Positions 9,344 through 16,278 of a stretch of 64,000 nucleotides of DNA are shown here, one piece after another; position 1 is the first letter of the stretch; each line of letters opens with the position of its first letter. Below the pieces are notes generated by a model. The model worked only from the letters and a program-made list of their open reading frames with translations. It searched no databases and had not been told where the DNA came from. The translations under genes were made by a program, and so were the position numbers. Where the stretch lies: the NCBI GenBank assembly GCA_963782915.1, contig CAWALK010000001.1, forward strand, positions 96,001 to 160,000, given 5' to 3'. The DNA is from an uncultured archaeon (lineage in GTDB: Archaea; Thermoproteota; Bathyarchaeia; Bathyarchaeales; Bathycorpusculaceae).

Positions 9344-9937
9344 TTAGGCGCTTTTCTCACTCTTAATTTCCTTCTTAGCTGCCGTAATCGGTTTTTTGAG
9401 AACAGGCAATTCTGGTTGTGGCTTATTTTCCGCTTTAATCTGAACAGGATAGACACTGTAGCTTACGCTCAGCTTATGCGGCGAAGAAAGGGCGATCCAA
9501 AGTTTGCTTACATCATCCATTGACTGCGCATCCAATGTGACTCGCAATTCTTCTTTGCTGTCCTTTAAGTCGCCCTGCAGGTCGTCGCCTCGAAGAACAG
9601 GCCTCTCAGCGAATAACTGCATAATTTTTCCAAGAACAACCTGATCCATTAGAGGGTTCTGAGTCAGCGGCGTAATCAGGTAACGCAAATTCAGGTATAG
9701 CAGGGTTTTTGGTTCTTCTGGGTTTTGTGGCTGCGGCTGATTGCGCATGCTCGTATATTCGGTGACGCTGTAGAGGTATATGGAGACTTGCGCTGATTTC
9801 TGGGCATCATTTGGAGCCAGAAAACTGATTTGTTCCTCGCTGCGAATGATTTTGCGTAGTTGCTTGTCCTCTTTTATGCCAGTCCAGATTTTATCAGCCA
9901 ATGTTTGGGTGACGCTGCTTAGGTTGTTGCTGCTCAA
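9344..9937 (-). CDS. DUF4255/Pvc16-like protein (eCIS cap/tail terminator family)
   Basis: VSIYLYSVTE...RNQ, LNLRYLITP, DQVVLGKIMQLF..P.L, SKLW.AL...LSVSYSV. Confidence 0.8.
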   Translation of the reverse strand: MSSNNLSSVTQTLADKIWTGIKEDKQLRKIIRSEEQISFLAPNDAQKSAQVSIYLYSVTEYTSMRNQPQPQNPEEPKTLLYLNLRYLITPLTQNPLMDQVVLGKIMQLFAERPVLRGDDLQGDLKDSKEELRVTLDAQSMDDVSKLWIALSSPHKLSVSYSVYPVQIKAENKPQPELPVLKKPITAAKKEIKSEKSA

Positions 9938-9950
9938 AGCTATCCCTAGC

Positions 9951-10406
9951 TTACTTTACCCGTTGCATAGATTCAAACACGATTTCGAGTGTTTCGATGG
10001 CTACTTCGTTGCCTTTGGCATTGAGATCGGGTGCTTTGTATTTGCTGGGCCACGCATTGGTGAAGTCCCATCGTGCAGCATCGTTGCCTTCCTCATCGAT
10101 TAGGACCACCGATAGGTTTCGGCGGCTCTGTGACATTTTGCCTTGCTCGACTAGTCTGCGCCAATTATAAAGTTCCATAGATGCCGTAAGACCCGACACC
10201 AGGATGAGGTTGCCAAAAGACGCCTGCCCCGCCTGCTTTTGAGTGCTGGCTGCGGTTCCTTCTCTGTGCTCGATAACTTCGCTTGCTGAATCAGGGAGTA
10301 TGATTTCTGAAAAGCTGGCTTGTACAATCCCGCTTATTTCAACTCTAAACCTGTAATTTCCATATGGATCTTTTCTTTGAGTGGTTGCATTTTTTTGTGC
10401 TGACAT
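9951..10406 (-). CDS. Phage tail tube protein (T4 gp19-like; eCIS Afp1/Pvc1 family)
   Basis: RKDPYGNYRFRVEI, IEHREG, RWDFTNAWPSKYKAPDLNAKGNEVAIETLEIVFE. Confidence 0.9.
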   Translation of the reverse strand: MSAQKNATTQRKDPYGNYRFRVEISGIVQASFSEIILPDSASEVIEHREGTAASTQKQAGQASFGNLILVSGLTASMELYNWRRLVEQGKMSQSRRNLSVVLIDEEGNDAARWDFTNAWPSKYKAPDLNAKGNEVAIETLEIVFESMQRVK

Positions 10407-10543
10407 GCCATAACCTCTTGCTGGTTATTCTATTTATGAATGTATTTATGTTTTCGTAAAAGTCAAGAAAAACTACTCTACTGCCTTTGTTGTTGGTTCT
10501 GTACAGTCACGTATGTTAATACGGCAAAATTCGCAGCTATTCC

Positions 10544-10765
10544 GTGATGATAAGTATGGAAACAATGAAAGTGGATGATAAACAAGCCATGGAAATCTGC
10601 GAAAACGTAGGCCGCACACTCGTAGACCAACTCGACAGTGACCAAGTCTGGGACAAAGTAGAACAAACCCTCTCCGAATACCTCAAATCCAACAATATCA
10701 AAGAGGACGCTTCGAATTTAACCGATAAACTCGAGTGGTCGGTTAAAGTAAAGCTTAAGAAATAA
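10544..10765 (+). CDS. Small hypothetical protein
   Basis: 73-aa acidic ORF with host-like codon usage, followed by a T-tract. Confidence 0.65.
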   Translation: MMISMETMKVDDKQAMEICENVGRTLVDQLDSDQVWDKVEQTLSEYLKSNNIKEDASNLTDKLEWSVKVKLKK

Positions 10766-10816
10766 GCCTTTTTTGTTGGCTAATCCCTCGTTTTCTATCC
10801 TTTTTAAGTTTGGGAG

Positions 10817-10990
10817 GTGACTGTTTTCTCAGAAGAGAATACGCGTGGCGAGTTTACGGTTGAGCAGAAAAAGAAAAAGCGCGAAATTTTTGAAGAGCGA
10901 GGTAACAGGGTTGATGTTCCGCCTGATGTTAGCGAGGAAAAGAAGAAGGCTTTGGCACAGAAAGGTGAGGACGCAACAGGCAGTTGGTAG
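10817..10990 (+). CDS. Small charged hypothetical protein (57 aa, ends GSW)
   Basis: Manual translation MTVFSEENTRGEFTVEQKKKKREIFEERGNRVDVPPDVSEEKKKALAQKGEDATGSW. GGAGGTGA at the 5' end and a T-tract after the stop. Exact start uncertain. Confidence 0.55.
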   Translation: MTVFSEENTRGEFTVEQKKKKREIFEERGNRVDVPPDVSEEKKKALAQKGEDATGSW

Positions 10991-11111
10991 CACACTTCTC
11001 TGGAAACAGCTTTTTTTCTTTTATATTAACAAATAACCCCAAGTGAGCAAAATGTTTTTTTACGCAAATCTTTTATCTGAATCAAAACAAAGATAACGCT
11101 CACCAGAGGCA

Positions 11112-11375
11112 ATGTGTTTGGAAGAAGCCGTAATAGAAATAGGGAACGTCATTCATTATTTCCAAAAAATCAACGTTGCCATAGTCGAATTATCTCTGCC
11201 CCTCTCTGTCGGAGACCGCATCCTAATCAAGGGACCCTCGACTGATTTCGAGCAGACTGTGGATTCTATTGAGGTTGACCGTAAACCTATTAAACGCGCT
11301 GAAGGCGGACAAAGCGTAGGTTTAAAGTTATCTCAGTTGACGCGGGTAAAAGACGTTGTTTTCAAAAAAATCTAA
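11112..11375 (+). CDS. EF-Tu-domain-II/U32 C-terminal-like beta-barrel protein
   Basis: IGNVIHYFQKINVAIVEL...LSVGDRILIKG..TDFEQTVDSIEVD...VGLK. Confidence 0.8.
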   Translation: MCLEEAVIEIGNVIHYFQKINVAIVELSLPLSVGDRILIKGPSTDFEQTVDSIEVDRKPIKRAEGGQSVGLKLSQLTRVKDVVFKKI

Positions 11376-12502
11376 GGGATTATTTCGGCGCCGTTAAACT
11401 TTATATAATCAAAATCTTCCAGCCTAATTCGTCCGCTTTGAATGAGTTGTTGTATTCTTGGCAGATTACGCTGCACCGATTCAATCAATTGCTCCACAGT
11501 AAAGCAGACTTTGCCATAAGCATCGTCAGGCCACCGCTTAACAATGTTAGTGTATAGGCATCGTCCCCCGCAAACACCCAAAATTTTGCATTCACTGCAT
11601 GGTTTCTGGCTAACAAAGAGTTTAGGCAATTTTAGCGGATCTGCGTCTTTTATGTGGCCCATATAGTAGGCTTTCATTCCCCACATGGTTGGGCAAGGTA
11701 TTATTTGGCCATCCATCTGGATAGAGTAGTTTATCCATCCGCTGCCACAACGCATCAACGCATTCTCTTCACCGTGCAAGAGTGAGTTTGTGATGCCCAG
11801 AATCGGGTAGAGCTTGAGCACCTTTCCCGTCTGCTCCATCTCGTCTACCCAGTAACGGACTAGAGAATCAACGCCTGGGATATAGCTGGATTTGGTCCAT
11901 TCCTCAAAGTTGCGGCGTTTAAAATCGTTGCCCCAGAAACCCGCGTTGAGTTGCCAATGAATTGAAGTGAACGAGAATTCATCATTATGCAGGAGCCATT
12001 TCACTTGTTTTTCTATATCGGTTTGCTCCATGATCGTCATTCTTGCTATTAACTCGCCTTTGAAACCGTTTTGTTTTATGAGTTTGAGGTTATCGATGAC
12101 TTTGCGGAAGGTGCCTTTTCCACGGTAATAGTCTGTGAGGGCTTCTTCGCCATCGATTGATACCAGCAGAGTATGGAAGCGGTTGACGTATTGGGGCTCA
12201 AGTTTATCGAGCAGTAAACCGTTTGTTTGCATCATGTACAGTTTAGGCGTGACTGTATCCATGATTTGGCGCAGTTTATCCATCTGCATTAAGGGTTCAC
12301 CGCCATAGAAAGTTAAAACACAGTCGGGGTCCTTTTTGACAAAGCCTTCCAGTTGGGCTATGTCGTAGTTGGCTTTGCGGGGCAAGTTATAATCGACTTC
12401 TATGTCGTCTCCGAATTCCTCGTCAAAGTCATCCATGCTTTCGCCGAAGCAGTATTTGCATTGCAGGTTGCAGTCGCTGGTGAGCAGTAGATGGAAGAAC
12501 AT
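11372..12502 (-). CDS. Radical SAM/SPASM protein (resembles the archaeal AF0577/TIGR04084 putative peptide-modifying family)
   Basis: CNLQCKYC, FYGGEPL, QTNG, SIDG. C-terminal CGSG...PCP...CSECKILGVCGGRC...C. Confidence 0.88.
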   Translation of the reverse strand: MFFHLLLTSDCNLQCKYCFGESMDDFDEEFGDDIEVDYNLPRKANYDIAQLEGFVKKDPDCVLTFYGGEPLMQMDKLRQIMDTVTPKLYMMQTNGLLLDKLEPQYVNRFHTLLVSIDGEEALTDYYRGKGTFRKVIDNLKLIKQNGFKGELIARMTIMEQTDIEKQVKWLLHNDEFSFTSIHWQLNAGFWGNDFKRRNFEEWTKSSYIPGVDSLVRYWVDEMEQTGKVLKLYPILGITNSLLHGEENALMRCGSGWINYSIQMDGQIIPCPTMWGMKAYYMGHIKDADPLKLPKLFVSQKPCSECKILGVCGGRCLYTNIVKRWPDDAYGKVCFTVEQLIESVQRNLPRIQQLIQSGRIRLEDFDYIKFNGAEIIP

Positions 12503-12528
12503 GACTTAACCTTAGATATTGGGGATGC

Positions 12529-13887
12529 TTAATAGTATTTTTCTGCTAATTTCTTGGCATCTTCATAATTCTTATCAGTTTCAGGTGTCGAATTAATTTG
12601 TTTCTTGTTTTTCTTCTTGAGTAGGTTTTTGTTTTTTACCTACTTTTTCTGCTTCTTTTGTAGCTTTCTTTTTGGCGTTTTCAATATAGCTTTTGAGGTC
12701 CCGGTCTTTCATAAGTTTTTCAGGCAAAGTTTCAGGAGCATAAATCAACGGCAAAACCGCGAGAAAGAGGAAGACACTAGCAAATGGGAAAATCGTACTG
12801 CCTCTGCATGAGAGAGAAATGGCGTAAACAGTAATTGCATGAAATAGGAGGATATGTAAGGCAATGCGCCTAAAACATAGAATTTGTCGCCTTTTCCATT
12901 TTGGGCCAGATCACCCCATAATGTAAAAACAAATAATACGAAAAATATTCCCCAAGCTATACCGTCAGCTACGAAATAAATTATGCTTCCCAATAATAGA
13001 TCTGCGCCATTGATGGAAAACATCCCTATTACGGCATATCCGATACCAAGCATAACGAAACCTAATATCGATAATCGTTTACGGCCCCACTTATCAGCAA
13101 CCAAACCACATATTACTGCTACAATGGCTGTTACAACATTCTCCATTGCAACCAGTAGAGTATATTGAGCGTTATTTGTCGCAAAAAGAGTACTTTGAAT
13201 TGGCATAGTCATAAAATTAATGAGAGTAAACATACACCAAGGGACAAAGTACAGAACAAAGGATTTATTGAAAATTATTTTTGTATAATTTTACCTTACT
13301 AGTCTGTTTAATCGGTTCCTCTTTGCCAATTAAGGAGATAGAAAAATACTAAACCTATCAACCGAATAAAAGCAAGAATCAAGCAACTATGCAATAAGCG
13401 AGTCGAATACTACTAAACCAAGGATAGCAAATGTAATTCCAATTATCAAAAATGAAATCCCACTAATTTTTGCTCTATTCTCAACAGTTGTAACGACAGC
13501 GTGATAGCCCATAGTAGCGGGCATGCCTATGCCGAAATATACCCCAAAGACAGCGGATATTATTACTAAACCACTAAAACTTGAAGCGTTATAGACCAAG
13601 GGGTATAACAGATAAAATAACACCGCTTGCTAACCAGACTAAAAGGAAATCTCCTCGCTTCTTGAATTTGTCGAATAAAAGTACCCAGCGAATGCTGAGA
13701 GTACTATTGCCAAGGTGTTAATTCCAATTATTTGAAGTGTCAATAATGTGGCATCTTGTTTTGGAAGTAGGTCCTTTATGGTATCAAATGCAAGTAAATA
13801 CCACACAAAAGCGTTCACTACTAGCATTATGTTTGCAGTGGCAAATCTTAGGCTTGTCCTATTTGGCATGGGCCATGTGTGGAACAT
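12529..13887 (-). CDS. MFS-type transporter, split by several frameshifts (probably sequencing errors)
   Basis: Fragments 13639..13887, 13387..13623 and 12745..13233, plus a manually read tail IFPFASVFLFLAVLPLIYAPETLPEK...AEKYY-stop at 12529. MFS motif A GLVADKWGRKR. Confidence 0.8.
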
Positions 13888-13968
13888 CTACACTTTAGTT
13901 ACAACTATTGTGTGCAGCAAGTTAAGGGTTGAGTATGAATAAACCAGATTAGTGGTAACTAAACTACC

Positions 13969-14015
13969 GAAAAAGCTTTAAAGTATATCTGTAGAACAGG
14001 AATACAGAGAGGAGA
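13969..14015 (+). promoter_or_regulatory. BRE/TATA promoter and Shine-Dalgarno of peptide gene 2
   Basis: GAAAAAGC-TTTAAAGTA (TATA at about 13977-13985); GAGGAGA at about 14009-14015; TTG at 14022. Confidence 0.65.
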
Positions 14016-14021
14016 CCTAAA

Positions 14022-14067
14022 TTGAAAACAAACACACAAAATCATAAGATCAGTAGGTTGGTATTAG
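14022..14067 (+). CDS. Putative precursor peptide 2 (MKTNHKIIRSVGWY after removing one extra base)
   Basis: TTG AAA ACA AAC a CAC AAA ATC ATA AGA TCA GTA GGT TGG TAT TAG. KIIRSVGWY-stop is read directly at 14038-14067 and is +1 relative to the TTG. Shares KII and SVGWY-stop with peptide 1. Confidence 0.65.
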
Positions 14068-14071
14068 TTAA

Positions 14072-15070
14072 TTATTCAAAGTAGGTGAGAGGGACTAATA
14101 GGAGATCTCCCAGTTCTTCTCTTATTTTTCCATTAATTGAAGTTGGCAATTGTTGGACGACCGTTTTTGTGTCGGCTACCAAAGTTTTTTGAAGAAGTTT
14201 GACCTCGTTTGATTCAAGGACTATTTCAATAATTTTCTGATGGCGCTCATTCTGCAATGAATCTCCATTTAACAAGGGGAACAGCATACTCTTGATTTGT
14301 GGGTTTTCAAGAGCATATATAATCGGTAAAGGAGGGCATTCATTTTTCAACCTACTTTTAAGCTCCTCAAAATCTAAGAGATCAGCAAACTCCTCCACTA
14401 TGATAGAAGTAACCCCGTATGCTCTGCCAAATTGCCCAAGCCTTTCAACATCATCCGAATTACCCCCTCCAATGATGGCGCCGATTTTCATAGTTAACTC
14501 AGGAACAACCGCTTTTAACCGTATTATCTCATTGAATTTAGCTGGGTTGAAATCTTGTTGATTGTGAAGCTGGATTTCAAGGATTTCCGCATTACAGATT
14601 TCCAAAACTGCTTCGGTAACTAACTTCATGACTCTTCCGAATGCTTCAGGGTTTTGGTTGATTGCTTCACTTAACCTCTTGAAACCTTCCGCTAGTAAAA
14701 TATCCCCCGCAAGAATAGTTGTTGCCAAGCCATATTTTCCAAAAACTGTTTGTTTCATGTTTTTTCGAACCGACTGGTCAAGGACATCATCGTGTAAATC
14801 GGCTGAGGCAGTTATGAAAACTATTGCTTCAGCAAAAGGAGCAACTCTTTTGGTGTCGCCTTCAACTGCTTCACAAGACATAGTAATTAATGCTGGAAAA
14901 ACAGGTATGGGGCTATGGAGCGTAACATTAGCGAAGTATCGGAGTGCTTGTGAGATATAACTGTCATCGTTGAAGTTTACAATGATGCTGTTTTTAGTGT
15001 TATTCATGGCGGGTCCGCCTTTTTGCTTGAAACTTCTTTTAATGGCGCGTAACTTCGAATCGTTGGACAT
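14072..15070 (-). CDS. Divergent polyprenyl-synthetase-fold protein (ComQ-like candidate peptide prenyltransferase)
   Basis: FARM ADLHDDVLD, TVFGKYG..TTILAGDILL. GKxxRP replaced by PIPVFP, RRG by RKN, GQxxD by AEILE, SARM by EEFAD. Confidence 0.8.
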   Translation of the reverse strand: MSNDSKLRAIKRSFKQKGGPAMNNTKNSIIVNFNDDSYISQALRYFANVTLHSPIPVFPALITMSCEAVEGDTKRVAPFAEAIVFITASADLHDDVLDQSVRKNMKQTVFGKYGLATTILAGDILLAEGFKRLSEAINQNPEAFGRVMKLVTEAVLEICNAEILEIQLHNQQDFNPAKFNEIIRLKAVVPELTMKIGAIIGGGNSDDVERLGQFGRAYGVTSIIVEEFADLLDFEELKSRLKNECPPLPIIYALENPQIKSMLFPLLNGDSLQNERHQKIIEIVLESNEVKLLQKTLVADTKTVVQQLPTSINGKIREELGDLLLVPLTYFE

Positions 15071-15152
15071 TGATTTCAGCTCTTATCTTAGTTAACCAAA
15101 GTATTTTAAAATCAAATTAGGCTCTTTTTGCTTATTAATCAATGGGAAGATT

Positions 15153-15176
15153 AAGGGATAAAAAAAATTACCCCTT
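15153..15176 (-). terminator. Imperfect hairpin/T-tract between peptide 1 and the prenyltransferase
   Basis: Minus strand AAGGGGTAA-tttttt-TTATCCCTT, about 12 nt after the peptide stop codon. Confidence 0.5.
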
Positions 15177-15187
15177 GTTTTTGTTAA

Positions 15188-15241
15188 TTAGTACCATCCG
15201 ACAGATGCTGGCGCGCGTGCTTTGATGATTTTTCTGTTCAT
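15188..15241 (-). CDS. Putative precursor peptide 1 (MNRKIIKARAPASVGWY)
   Basis: Minus strand AGAGGTGA-aatac-ATG AAC AGA AAA ATC ATC AAA GCA CGC GCG CCA GCA TCT GTC GGA TGG TAC TAA. Strong SD, and a paralogous C-terminus at 14050-14067. Confidence 0.8.
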   Translation of the reverse strand: MNRKIIKARAPASVGWY

Positions 15242-15280
15242 GTATTTCACCTCTTAGTGTAGCCCTGATTATTGTGATTT

Positions 15281-16120
15281 TTACTCCAAGTATCCATTGA
15301 TCCATGCGAGTACTTGAGGTGTGTCAAGTCTTGTGTGGTAGCTTACGCCGCCACAGTTGCTGCTTGAAACAAATGCGTTGACTGCCAATACGGTGTCTTT
15401 TCCGTCTTGGGTGTAGATTACAGGGCCGCCTGAATCGCCGAATACTATTGCGCCTTTGCCGCCGCCGTTGTTGGCGGTTAATTTTAGGTAGCAGCTGCTG
15501 CCTTCAAAGTTGGATGGTACCAGTTGTACTTGGGCGCTGTTGCGTGATAGGGTGCCAATCCAGGAATATTCTGGGCCATTGTTTCTTGGGTTGGTTTGGG
15601 TTTGCATGCCATATCCGATGATTGTCAAATCTGTTTTGGATGCTAAGGTTTCCGCTATACCTGCTTGGGGAAGTGCTGGAAACTCTGTTATGCCAGTGAC
15701 TGGTTGGTCCAGTATTATTAAGCCGATGTCGCTAGTAGAGAATTCTTGGTTGCCTGAAAATGCAGGAGCATATTCTGAATAGGTTACTCGTGTACCTGTG
15801 TAGATTGTGTCTGCACCATAATAGATGACTTGTCCGTCTTGGATGGCGTAGCTGATTGGACCCTGATCGAAGCAGACGCTGACTGCCTCTGCGCCGAGCA
15901 GGCTGTGTCCGGCTGTAACCATCACTGTTGGGGAAATGAGGAATCCGCTACAGTAGCCGAAGGGATGCTGTCGGGCGGCATCGCTGAAGAGTACGACGAC
16001 TCCAACGTATGGGGTTGCGTCTGGCCGGGAGTTGCCTGTTATTGCTGTAGCTGTGCCAAAGAATAATGGTGCAGAAAGTAAACATGATAGTGCAATTATT
16101 ATTGCCCAAGCTTTTTTCAT
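15281..16120 (-). CDS. Secreted S1-family (chymotrypsin-fold) serine protease
   Basis: Signal peptide; CSGFLISPTVMVTAGH, DIGLI, GDSGGP catalytic triad motifs. Confidence 0.92.
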   Translation of the reverse strand: MKKAWAIIIALSCLLSAPLFFGTATAITGNSRPDATPYVGVVVLFSDAARQHPFGYCSGFLISPTVMVTAGHSLLGAEAVSVCFDQGPISYAIQDGQVIYYGADTIYTGTRVTYSEYAPAFSGNQEFSTSDIGLIILDQPVTGITEFPALPQAGIAETLASKTDLTIIGYGMQTQTNPRNNGPEYSWIGTLSRNSAQVQLVPSNFEGSSCYLKLTANNGGGKGAIVFGDSGGPVIYTQDGKDTVLAVNAFVSSSNCGGVSYHTRLDTPQVLAWINGYLE

Positions 16121-16278
16121 ATTCTAAACCTGAATATACGATGTCGTGAGTAGCAATATATAAAGCGAGTGTATTGCAGCTACTGATTCAGCGCTTGTGC
16201 AACAAAACAACTGTACAACACAACTACATCACCAAAAAGCAAAACTCTTAATAGCCAAGCCTTTTATCACAAGGTTTT

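Noticed and set aside
9344-10406. Prophage/provirus
   Set aside because: No integrase, capsid, terminase or att sites nearby; DUF4255 points to eCIS.
15512-15520. A third GGA TGG TAC (GWY) on the plus strand
   Set aside because: It is antisense within the protease gene, is not followed by a stop, and lacks the SV and KII motifs.
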